Program-made: the position numbers and the translations under genes
Notes under the pieces: generated by a model
Database searches by the model: none
What the model was told of the DNA's origin: nothing
The model's input: only the letters and a program-made list of their open reading frames with translations
NCBI GenBank assembly: GCA_046759645.1
Contig: JBHICO010000002.1
Coordinates: forward strand, 2,725 to 66,724
Direction: 5' to 3'
DNA length: 64,000 nt
From: Nitrososphaerales archaeon
GTDB lineage: Archaea > Thermoproteota > Nitrososphaeria > Nitrososphaerales > UBA213
Part shown: positions 47,235 through 54,664 of the stretch, in pieces
Numbering within the stretch: position 1 is the first letter of the stretch
Layout: each line of letters opens with the position of its first letter

Positions 47235-47299
47235 TGTGTGCTTTTGTACATGAATCAAATATTAGTATTCCTGAATTTTAAAATGAATAATGAATAACC

Positions 47300-47605
47300 T
47301 CAAGAACCAAGTTGAAATTTAAATATCATGAGAAATGGGATGTCAGAAATCGTTCTAACACTTAGCTCGGAAGCAAGGTTCATTCTCACAGCTTTATTAA
47401 CTATCCTCTCGCCTATCAAATTCGCAACGACGCAGGATCTGAGCAGGTCCGTGACCTCGTCTTCATTTACGATCTGTTGTCCAAAGTAGTCCTTCGTTAT
47501 CCTGACTTCAAGTTTTCCCTCACTCACCTTCGTACCGACCAATTCATGGTCACAAATGTTAACCATTATAGAATCTTGGTAGTTTATTTTGCTTACGGCA
47601 AACAT
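47300..47605 (-). CDS. DUF424-like conserved archaeal protein
   Basis: ATG at 47605, 5 nt after the aIF2-beta stop. VNICDHELVGTKV...DYFG...VANLIGERIV resembles the DUF424 pattern. Confidence 0.5.
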   Translation of the reverse strand: MFAVSKINYQDSIMVNICDHELVGTKVSEGKLEVRITKDYFGQQIVNEDEVTDLLRSCVVANLIGERIVNKAVRMNLASELSVRTISDIPFLMIFKFQLGS

Positions 47606-47610
47606 GTTAC

Positions 47611-48033
47611 TCACGCAAAAATTCCCTTTAACGATGACTTTGCACCGCATGCTTCACATACAAGAAAGCTCAATCTCTTCACACGTTCAATCCTGGTATC
47701 TGGGCTGTTACATACGGGACACATAACATAGTCCTTCAGACATCTCTCAAACAACGATTTAAACTTAGATGGCTCCTTCTTCCCCACGAAGATGCCTCTT
47801 TCACCGGCTATATGGGCTGAAGAACCAAATTCTTTAGCTAGGTATAATAGAACCTTTTCAGGATCCCTTCGCATAAACTCTGCAAAATCCTTAAAATTCC
47901 TGAGTATGGTTTTGTTGCCTACCCATATTATGTCTGGATTAGGCATATCTATTCTTAATGCGCTCTTTTTGTCCTGTCTTACGGTCCTATTCTGTAGTCG
48001 CTTGAGCAGGTTTTCATAGTTAGATTTTGCCAA
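47611..48033 (-). CDS. eif2b: Translation initiation factor aIF-2 beta subunit
   Basis: C-terminal zinc ribbon YVMCPVCNSPDTRIERVKRLSFLVCEACGA. About 140 aa. Confidence 0.9.
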   Translation of the reverse strand: MAKSNYENLLKRLQNRTVRQDKKSALRIDMPNPDIIWVGNKTILRNFKDFAEFMRRDPEKVLLYLAKEFGSSAHIAGERGIFVGKKEPSKFKSLFERCLKDYVMCPVCNSPDTRIERVKRLSFLVCEACGAKSSLKGIFA

Positions 48034-48094
48034 CTCGTGCTTATTTTGAGGCCATTACATATATTATTTTGCTATAAAAAGAAGGGTAGAGAGA

Positions 48095-48238
48095 TTATGC
48101 CTTTCCTATCTTGAATACTTTAGTTCCACAGTTAGGGCAGACACCAGAAGTAGCTGGCCTACCATTCTTGAGAGTAACAGCCTTAGGGTTTTTCATATCA
48201 ACTTTCTTTCTGCATTTGACACAATAAGCTGTTGTCAT
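48095..48238 (-). CDS. Small zinc-ribbon protein (DUF5679-like), 47 aa
   Basis: ATG at 48238 gives MTTAYCVKCRKKVDMKNPKAVTLKNGRPATSGVCPNCGTKVFKIGKA, with CxxC...CxxC. The tracked 80-aa N-terminal extension looks non-coding. Confidence 0.55.
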   Translation of the reverse strand: MTTAYCVKCRKKVDMKNPKAVTLKNGRPATSGVCPNCGTKVFKIGKA

Positions 48239-48769
48239 TCCCTTCGTAATGGGCTTCGTTGGCCTCGTATTTAAGATTTTGTAATTCTTGCAAAACCCCA
48301 TGAGATATGTGAAATATAATATAGAATTATATTGCATGCTTTAATACATATTTTGGATTATTTAATAAATTATCCATTTTCTTTTGCAATTAATCTTGAT
48401 AAAAAATTAGTATATATGGCGTCACCGGATTTTAAACAGCTAAAATATTTGATATTTATTCCTTCTGTGTAAATAAAGGACGCGCTCATTCATATCTATT
48501 GGAATCAACTAGAGACACAATGATCTGTTAGAGTTCTAAGGTAATCAATTTGTGGGCGAATCTTTGCTACTCGACATTAGCAACGTAAGCGTTCTAATGA
48601 ATGTTGTTCTGGAGGGGATCAACTATAAAGAATGAATAATCTAGAGAGAAATTAGATATCAAATTTGACTCACTGTTTGTAAGAGTAGAGATCAATGTAT
48701 TTACTTTTTATTTTTACTACCAGGATGATAAAGACACTAATAATGCAATTATCAATAAATGATGAATAG

Positions 48770-49042
48770 ATGAGCCATGACGAGCAGTTTCCTGTCAAGG
48801 GTTACGATCGTTTCGAGCAGAAGGCAATAGACCGATATGCGATATATAAGAGCGGTAGACACTGGATCGCACTTGTTGTTGAAGCAAATAGCAAAAAGGA
48901 ATTAAGATTGTATTCGTGGGAGTTTAGAAAGGATACATGGAAGGTAGCACTCGCCAGTCAAAATGCTGACTTCTGGAATTGGGAGGAACTTGCTTCGAGG
49001 GTGAAGAAATTCAAGCATAGATATAATATTAATTCATCATGA
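48770..49042 (+). CDS. Hypothetical protein
   Basis: ATG ORF of 90 aa, Trp/Lys-rich, with no recognised motif. Confidence 0.35.
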   Translation: MSHDEQFPVKGYDRFEQKAIDRYAIYKSGRHWIALVVEANSKKELRLYSWEFRKDTWKVALASQNADFWNWEELASRVKKFKHRYNINSS

Positions 49043-49146
49043 ACAACAACAACGGTCCGGGTCTTCATGGTGTTCGCTGCAGCTGGGACAGCTTGTTGCT
49101 CCTGCTAGATGGCACTTGCATATGCACTGATTCTCTTGTTTCACAC

Positions 49147-49464
49147 TTATTCCACCGCCAGTATTGCGTTACGTATCTCTGAAGCACGTCCCCTTATAAC
49201 ATGATACATTTCCACAAGTTCATCATCATTCATAGACCTTTTATTCAACACCGTAAAATAATTGTAAAACCCTCCATGTATTTCTCCAACAGCTATACCT
49301 AGGGCAAAGTCAACATCCTCACTTATCAATGGCCTGAATGATTGTGCCGATACACGGAACATCTTAGCTTGGTGGATAGTATCGTCTATCAATTGTTCCA
49401 GCGTGTCACGCAATTGTCTTGTAAGACCCATACCAAAAGTATCGTATCTCAATATAAAAATCAT
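49147..49464 (-). CDS. Hypothetical protein (start 49464 or 49431)
   Basis: ORF of 105 aa with no recognised motif. Confidence 0.35.
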   Translation of the reverse strand: MIFILRYDTFGMGLTRQLRDTLEQLIDDTIHQAKMFRVSAQSFRPLISEDVDFALGIAVGEIHGGFYNYFTVLNKRSMNDDELVEMYHVIRGRASEIRNAILAVE

Positions 49465-49634
49465 AACAGAAAGAAGATGGAGTATTTGGTTGAAGACTTA
49501 CAGAGCAGATAAGTTAGATTCTATCTGCGTATATTTAGGTGTCAATAATCTACAGGAACTCATAAATCTCATCCTCGATGGTATTGTACTAGTACAAGAT
49601 TGTACAACAAAAGAAGGTTTTGAACCTGAGTGCA

Positions 49635-49706
49635 AGGTGGGGATGGGATTTGAACCCATATATACTCGCTCTGCAGGCGAGCGCATAGCCGCTCTGCCAC
49701 CCCACC
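49635..49706 (-). tRNA. tRNA-Cys (anticodon GCA)
   Basis: Hand-folded cloverleaf. Acceptor GGTGGGG/CCCCACC. D arm GCAG..(A)TGC with G13-A22. Anticodon arm CTCGC-CTGCAGA-GCGAG (U33, GCA). 5-nt variable loop. T arm ATGGG-TTCAAAT-CCCAT. Discriminator U73. No encoded CCA and no intron. Confidence 0.9.
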
Positions 49707-49745
49707 ATGCCCCAGAATCTACTTCAGAATAATTTAAATCTACGA

Positions 49746-49970
49746 TTAGGAAATCCTCAGAGCTGATTTTGCTGCAAGCTTTATGTCCTGAGCTCTAACA
49801 GTCTTTCTACCTGCGTGTGAAGCGAGCTCAACTGCTTGCTTCGATATAGATTTACCGATTTCTTCAAGGACTTTCCTCAACTCCTCTGCAGCATCATCTC
49901 CAACCCTCTCAGCACCAGATTTCTTTATTATTCTATACATGGTAGCCAAGCCGAATTCAGATTGTGACAT
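49746..49970 (-). CDS. Archaeal histone (HMf family)
   Basis: ATG at 49970 gives [68 protein letters not shown], a histone fold. Confidence 0.85.
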   Translation of the reverse strand: MSQSEFGLATMYRIIKKSGAERVGDDAAEELRKVLEEIGKSISKQAVELASHAGRKTVRAQDIKLAAKSALRIS

Positions 49971-49996
49971 ACAGTACAATCCAAAAGACCTGGCAG

Positions 49997-50012
49997 TTAA
50001 AAAGTTTAAAAC
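49997..50012. promoter_or_regulatory. A/T block TTAAAAAGTTTAAAAC shared by the divergent histone and tatD genes
   Basis: The 64-nt spacer (49971-50034) holds only this TATA-like block. The palindromic core GTTTAAAC ends 23 nt before the tatD ATG, and the block lies about 27-40 nt from the histone ATG. Confidence 0.3.
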
Positions 50013-50034
50013 CAAAATCCCTTGCCTTTAAAAT

Positions 50035-50799
50035 ATGACCACACTGATTGATGCTCACGTCCATCTCTCGGACGAAGCCTTTGCATATCTTCTGCAACCT
50101 ACAGTGAATACACTTCGATATTTGAAGATTAAAGCAGTATCTGTATCCTTGGGCATATTCACAGCAATGAAAAATATGTCACTTGCATCTTCATATGGAG
50201 ACGTTGTAATACCATTCGTAGGCATACATCCATCGTCTGCCAACGAAAATATAGAAGAATTTACGGATTTTGTAATGAAGAACGAAGACAAGATTGCTGG
50301 TATTGGTGAGATCGGACTGGATAGAAGGTACGTATCTGACGAAGACGCATATGCAAGGCAAAAAAATCTATTCGAACATATGCTGTTACTGGCAGAACGA
50401 CTTGGCAAACCAACCTCCATACATTCTAGGGGCTCAGTGGATGATGTGTTGGATATTTTACAGTCGTACAAACTTAAAGGGAATCAGCTGCATTGGTTCG
50501 CTGGTAGCAAGAAACAGCTCAGGAGGGCAACAGATATGGGCTGTTATTTGTCTTATGGGCCAGTTCTGGTTTACTCTGAAGATAAGAGGAGTTCGCTCAG
50601 AAAGACACCCAAAGACCTCGTTCTAGTGGAGACTGATGGCCCTGTAAAGTATTCTAGATGTTTCGAAGACAACGCTGCACTTCCGTCAGTTCTTCCAAGT
50701 GTAGCATTTGTGTTAGCAAAAACTTTGGGGATCGATTATGACGATGCTTGCAATATTCTAAAGCAGAACTCTCAGCAGTATCTAAAGCGTGCGTTATAA
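50035..50799 (+). CDS. tatD: TatD-family metal-dependent hydrolase/DNase
   Basis: LIDAHVHLSDEAF, GIGEIGLD, SIHSR, LVETDGP. Confidence 0.8.
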   Translation: MTTLIDAHVHLSDEAFAYLLQPTVNTLRYLKIKAVSVSLGIFTAMKNMSLASSYGDVVIPFVGIHPSSANENIEEFTDFVMKNEDKIAGIGEIGLDRRYVSDEDAYARQKNLFEHMLLLAERLGKPTSIHSRGSVDDVLDILQSYKLKGNQLHWFAGSKKQLRRATDMGCYLSYGPVLVYSEDKRSSLRKTPKDLVLVETDGPVKYSRCFEDNAALPSVLPSVAFVLAKTLGIDYDDACNILKQNSQQYLKRAL

Positions 50800-50837
50800 A
50801 AAGGATAAAATAGGCATGAACAAGCAGTTGATGGAAT

Positions 50838-51062
50838 ATGAATAGGATCAAACGAATTTCGATGCAGTTTATAGAAAAGTACTGGGATATGTTCAGTGAT
50901 GATTTTGAAAAGAATAAGGAGGTTCTAAACAAGGTCGGGATAATTAGGTCAAAGCGACTAAAAAATGAGATTGCTGGTTACATAACTGTTTACGTGAAAG
51001 GTCATGTACAAAGCAAGAAAGAGAAGGAAGAAGAAATTGAAGTCGCAGAACGTAGGGAGTAA
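50838..51062 (+). CDS. rps17e: 30S ribosomal protein S17e
   Basis: MNRIKRISMQFIEKYWDMFSDDFEKNKEVLNKVGIIRSKRLKNEIAGYIT matches the eS17 pattern (..F..NK.....SKKLRNxIAGY.T). Confidence 0.85.
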   Translation: MNRIKRISMQFIEKYWDMFSDDFEKNKEVLNKVGIIRSKRLKNEIAGYITVYVKGHVQSKKEKEEEIEVAERRE

Positions 51063-51070
51063 GTACAAAA

Positions 51071-51334
51071 GTGATCACCGTTAAACTTCTAGGTGGAGCC
51101 AGAAAAATCGTTGGAAAGGAGGAGATTTCTATTGAAATGCATAGCATGAAGGTAAGTGAAATAGTACGAATGCTTAGCTCAATGTCATCCGATACCAAAA
51201 TTTTCAATCCAACTAACATGCTGATAGTAGTTAATGGTGTCGAGTTATCGATAATTGGGGGCCTTGACGCACGGGTCAATAATGGCGATATCGTAAGCAT
51301 AGTACCAGTAGTTCATGGCGGTATGGCTGGATGA
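51071..51334 (+). CDS. MoaD/ThiS-like ubiquitin-fold protein ending GG-MAG
   Basis: GTG start 8 nt after the S17e stop. VITVKLLGGARKIVGKEEISIEM...VNNGDIVSIVPVVHGGMAG has a beta-grasp sulfur-carrier pattern, with three residues after the di-Gly. Confidence 0.6.
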   Translation: MITVKLLGGARKIVGKEEISIEMHSMKVSEIVRMLSSMSSDTKIFNPTNMLIVVNGVELSIIGGLDARVNNGDIVSIVPVVHGGMAG

Positions 51335-51337
51335 AAA

Positions 51338-51868
51338 ATGAACATAATAAAAATCGCAGATCAACACGTTTTGCTCGCTGGTATAAGTAATTTACGCATA
51401 CGTGATGTTACAGCACTAATGAGCAAGTTACGTTCCGTGAATAAACGTGTAGCAATACAGGCAGTAAATGCGAATTTTGTAGCCAGTATGCAGCACGTTT
51501 TGGGTGTTCTATATCAATCCATAGAAGCAAAAAAACGTGGGACACTCCTGTCGAAAGGGATCGAAGTCGATATTCTCCTTAGGCTTGCCTGTACAGACCA
51601 GATAGACAAAGCGTTGACCTATGTCGGCCTAAGAAATGGCCTGAATAACGTTCTGGTTATTGCGGTAGGGGGACTATGTTATTTGAAGATAGTAAGAAAA
51701 TACATTTTAGCAAATTACTGTATTGATGATAACATTCTAGTGTCATCAACAAGAAGGCAGAAAATGATCTCTCTGTATCACTGCATAACCAAAACCGAAT
51801 TAGGTGCGCTAGTGAATAATAGCAATAAACTTGCAGGCGTTCTGGTGGAACACGCGAGCCTCCTATGA
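51338..51868 (+). CDS. cgi121: KEOPS complex subunit Cgi121
   Basis: IQAVNANFVASMQHVLGVLYQSIEAKKRGTLLSKGIEVDILLRLACTDQIDKALTYVGL...VLVIAVG aligns by eye with archaeal Cgi121 (xQxxNADxVAxxxHxxxAxxxA...E(I/L)Lxxxxxx(R/D)QIxxAI..xG). Confidence 0.65.
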   Translation: MNIIKIADQHVLLAGISNLRIRDVTALMSKLRSVNKRVAIQAVNANFVASMQHVLGVLYQSIEAKKRGTLLSKGIEVDILLRLACTDQIDKALTYVGLRNGLNNVLVIAVGGLCYLKIVRKYILANYCIDDNILVSSTRRQKMISLYHCITKTELGALVNNSNKLAGVLVEHASLL

Positions 51869-52381
51869 TTCACGCTTTATTTTTATGGCACTAAATAGAG
51901 CATCAGGCCTTATGACAGAGACTGCTGTATCTTCGCCTATTATTTCAATCAATACTAACCAGTCCTGCACATCCAAACTCACCTTTCGATCTACAACATC
52001 CGCAACATTTTTTATGATATCAGAAGATGAGAGGTTGCTATGTCTCTTTTCAACAGTTATACGGAAGGTCTCACGTTGTCCTATACGTGAGGCAAGCTTC
52101 GCTACCTCATCTCTCACGTCATTAATATTCGTGTTAACGACCACATCAACAGGGATTAATCTCTGGATATAACGTACATTCCATGGTTCATTTTGCACGA
52201 TCTTTGTGACCCTCTGTATAACTTCTTGGGGTTCCAAGCCTGTCTTTACGGTAAGCAAACCAGAGACCTTCGTCTGATTAATTGTTGCGTCTGTATCACC
52301 CAATTCGATTAGCAGTGAACCTATTTCTGAAGCAGCCTCACTCTCCATATGTCTGAAAGTTGTCACTATCAGATTAAACAT
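51863..52381 (-). CDS. THUMP-domain RNA-binding protein
   Basis: MFNLIVTTFRHMESEAASEI...FRITVEKRHSNLSSSDI...DWLVLIEIIGEDTAVSVI gives a ferredoxin-like plus THUMP pattern. No catalytic domain attached. Confidence 0.55.
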   Translation of the reverse strand: MFNLIVTTFRHMESEAASEIGSLLIELGDTDATINQTKVSGLLTVKTGLEPQEVIQRVTKIVQNEPWNVRYIQRLIPVDVVVNTNINDVRDEVAKLASRIGQRETFRITVEKRHSNLSSSDIIKNVADVVDRKVSLDVQDWLVLIEIIGEDTAVSVIRPDALFSAIKIKRES

Positions 52382-52988
52382 TATACGCTAACACTTCTTC
52401 TATCTCTTTACGTTTAACAAGCCCTTCCCTCAACAATGTTAACTTGTTCCTGCGTATCTCCAAAACGGTTGATTCAATACCATGTGTTTCACCAGCATCG
52501 ATCAGCACATCAAAACCATTGATCCCCCTAACTTCCCTCGCACTTTTTGGCGGAGGAGAACCAGATCTGTTCGCACTTGTGCCCACAAGAACACCACCAC
52601 ATGCTCCGATCAGTTTAAGCGCACATGGATGGTCTGGAACTCTGATGCCTACTCTATCCGTACCCCCTGTCACACTGCGGGAAATTTTTCTATCAAGCAA
52701 TTCTACAATAATTGTAAGGGCGCCTGGCCAGAATATTTCTGCCAGTTTGGAGGCAGATTCGTTAAGTTTGGCTATCTTGCTTGCATGTGTTACAGATGAA
52801 CAAAGTAATGGCAGGGGTTTACGTACGTCCCTACCCTTCATTTTCAATATGGACCTGACCGCCGAATCGCTAGTTGGGTCACATCCCACCCCATAAACTG
52901 TGTCAGTGGGATAAACAACAACACCTCCTTTTCTAACTATTGAAGCAACAATTTCAATGTTTGAATAACTACAATCAAGCCTTAACAT
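52374..52988 (-). CDS. tsaC: L-threonylcarbamoyladenylate synthase (Sua5/YrdC/TsaC, short form)
   Basis: VVVYPTDTVYGVGCDP, KGRDVRKPLPLL, FWPGALTII, RVPDHP, SANRSG. ATG at 52988 preferred over 53027. Confidence 0.85.
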   Translation of the reverse strand: MLRLDCSYSNIEIVASIVRKGGVVVYPTDTVYGVGCDPTSDSAVRSILKMKGRDVRKPLPLLCSSVTHASKIAKLNESASKLAEIFWPGALTIIVELLDRKISRSVTGGTDRVGIRVPDHPCALKLIGACGGVLVGTSANRSGSPPPKSAREVRGINGFDVLIDAGETHGIESTVLEIRRNKLTLLREGLVKRKEIEEVLAYNV

Positions 52989-53039
52989 AGAGATTATGAA
53001 CAAAATACTTATTAATAGATAGCTCAATTGGATTAAGGC

Positions 53040-53126
53040 ATGCCTGAAGAGGAAGAGGAATTTGACGAGGATCTTGAGGAAGACTTTGAAGATGACTTTG
53101 AGGAAGAATCCGAAGAAGAATATTAA
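53040..53126 (+). CDS. Candidate 28-aa hyper-acidic micro-protein
   Basis: Hand-found ORF MPEEEEEFDEDLEEDFEDDFEEESEEEY. TTATTAATAG TATA-like box about 22 nt upstream and a T-rich stretch after the stop. It lies on the strand opposite both neighbours, so it is uncertain. Confidence 0.25.
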   Translation: MPEEEEEFDEDLEEDFEDDFEEESEEEY

Positions 53127-53161
53127 AACCGTAATTTAACGAATTTTCTAATTTCAGGCTT

Positions 53162-53452
53162 TCATGCTCTTAAACCGAACGATTCCACGAAATCATGAAA
53201 CTTCGTGTAGGCCTGCAGGAACGCCATGCCCCTCTCGCTTATTTTATACTTACATGTCCTGTCTTCCGGAATCTCTTGCATTAAACCAGCATCAACAAGC
53301 CTTGCAAGGATCTTCGTTATCCTCCCATAAGAAATATTTGCCTTTCGTATGAGAAGAGTTATGCTTACGCCACTCCCACCATCATTGTAATCTCTAGCGG
53401 TGTTCAGGATATCAGCTATTATTTGAAAATGCGATCTATATACTACTGCCAA
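53162..53452 (-). CDS. Small winged-helix DNA-binding protein (HTH_45-like)
   Basis: FQIIADILNTARDYNDGGSGVSITLLIRKANISYGRITKILARLVDAGLMQE has the typical stand-alone archaeal wHTH pattern. Confidence 0.6.
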   Translation of the reverse strand: MAVVYRSHFQIIADILNTARDYNDGGSGVSITLLIRKANISYGRITKILARLVDAGLMQEIPEDRTCKYKISERGMAFLQAYTKFHDFVESFGLRA

Positions 53453-54086
53453 CTTTTACCCTCCCTATTGGAAACCTGTATAATGGAACGAATATTGCAG
53501 ATATTCCCGCAATTTTTGCTGTTACGGAGATATAATAGAACATTGACTCTGGATAGACGAAATTATACCATCCAATAAATTCACCAAGCGCAAGCATGCC
53601 CAAACCAGAAGCTATGATCAGTGTACCCTTTCGTTTACTCCACATGTATGAGACAATGGTTTGGGTTGCTCCATATACTAATAGGATAAAAGATATTGAC
53701 CTTATAATATGCTCGATTGAATTACCTGGTATGACGAAAAGAGGTGCGATTGCAAGTGATACGAGTGCGAATGCAGGCGCCATGTGCTTAAAAGTTAATG
53801 ACTGGATAGAATGAGAGAATGCCAGGAAGAAATACCCTATAGCCTGAGAACCTAAGCCTACGATCAATAATGAGTTCAGATTTGACCCAGTGCTCCATGC
53901 GAATATATCAGCTATCGAGTGAATCCATAGAAGGAAGAAGCCCAAACTGATCGCTGCAAAAGCAAATCCTAATCTTAGAAGAGTCGGACTTTGAACACTT
54001 CTATATCCATTGTATGCAAATTTTGCGATAAGCAGACCTATGCTGAAGCCCAATAGGTTCATTATGCTTTCGAATATAAGGTCCAA
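53436..54086 (-). CDS. Hypothetical seven-TM membrane protein
   Basis: Seven hydrophobic segments read by eye and no soluble domain. Its 3' end overlaps the wHTH gene by 17 nt. Confidence 0.55.
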   Translation of the reverse strand: MDLIFESIMNLLGFSIGLLIAKFAYNGYRSVQSPTLLRLGFAFAAISLGFFLLWIHSIADIFAWSTGSNLNSLLIVGLGSQAIGYFFLAFSHSIQSLTFKHMAPAFALVSLAIAPLFVIPGNSIEHIIRSISFILLVYGATQTIVSYMWSKRKGTLIIASGLGMLALGEFIGWYNFVYPESMFYYISVTAKIAGISAIFVPLYRFPIGRVKVGSSI

Positions 54087-54152
54087 CTGGATTGATATTA
54101 TTTAAAATCTATAAAAGTATTGAGTTTGTATTTCCTCACATGATACTAAACA

Positions 54153-54323
54153 CTACTTGTAGTCGTTCAAAACATCTCTGTATCTAGGATCCTTATATGC
54201 AATCATCTTGACATATTCACCATAAGTGACATTTAACTGACATTTATCACATGTCACACGCGAAAAATTCTCTTCCAGCACTGCAATCCCATCGCAGTGA
54301 GGGCACTTCACATGCATCATCAT
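54153..54323 (-). CDS. Small zinc-ribbon protein
   Basis: MMMHVKCPHCDGIAVLEENFSRVTCDKCQLNV (CxxC...CxxC). ATG triplet at 54323-54315 preferred over 54368. Confidence 0.45.
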   Translation of the reverse strand: MMMHVKCPHCDGIAVLEENFSRVTCDKCQLNVTYGEYVKMIAYKDPRYRDVLNDYK

Positions 54324-54394
54324 TTCTTCACAACACACGTTAATAATGGTTTTGATATCAAAAAGCATAAAAGTTGTTTGGTCTTAGAATTGGT

Positions 54395-54664
54395 ATGACA
54401 CAAACATGTTCAAAATGTAGTAACAGTTTTGACGAAGCCCAAGTAGATCCTGCAGCTGCGAAGTCATCTGCATGCTCAAACTGCTGGGCTGAGTGGGTGC
54501 AGTACAGTATAATGGTGATAAATGAAATGCGATTAGACATGTCACTGCCTGAACACAGGAAAGTGCTAAAGAAATACGAAAGAGTGTTTTTTGGTTTAGA
54601 AAAGCCAGAAGGTGGCATGAGAGACATGAGCAAGGAAGAGGAAAGAGTTCCAGACGAATTCTAA
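54395..54664 (+). CDS. yggX: YggX-like Fe(2+)-trafficking / oxidative-damage protection protein
   Basis: CWAEWVQYSIMVINEMRLDMSLPEHRKVLKKYERVFFGLE aligns by eye with E. coli YggX [40 protein letters not shown]. Confidence 0.65.
   Translation: MTQTCSKCSNSFDEAQVDPAAAKSSACSNCWAEWVQYSIMVINEMRLDMSLPEHRKVLKKYERVFFGLEKPEGGMRDMSKEEERVPDEF

Noticed and set aside
49043-49146. Relatively GC-rich spacer with palindromes (GCAGCTG, TGCATATGCA) between two convergent orphan genes.
   Set aside because: It contains only 5-bp stems, consistent with chance or a weak terminator, and no further evidence supports a function.
48338-49706. Integrated mobile element at tRNA-Cys, or alternatively a replication origin in the A/T-rich spacer.
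   Set aside because: There is no integrase, transposase or viral gene. The only tRNA-like match in the spacer is a 6-7-nt GGGGAT coincidence. There is no orc1/cdc6 gene and there are no recognisable ORB-type long inverted repeats nearby.
49403-49732. Two tracked ORFs (49403-49732 plus, 49498-49686 minus) across the tRNA-Cys locus.
   Set aside because: The region folds into a canonical tRNA-Cys cloverleaf. The ORFs merely read through the tRNA and its flanks.
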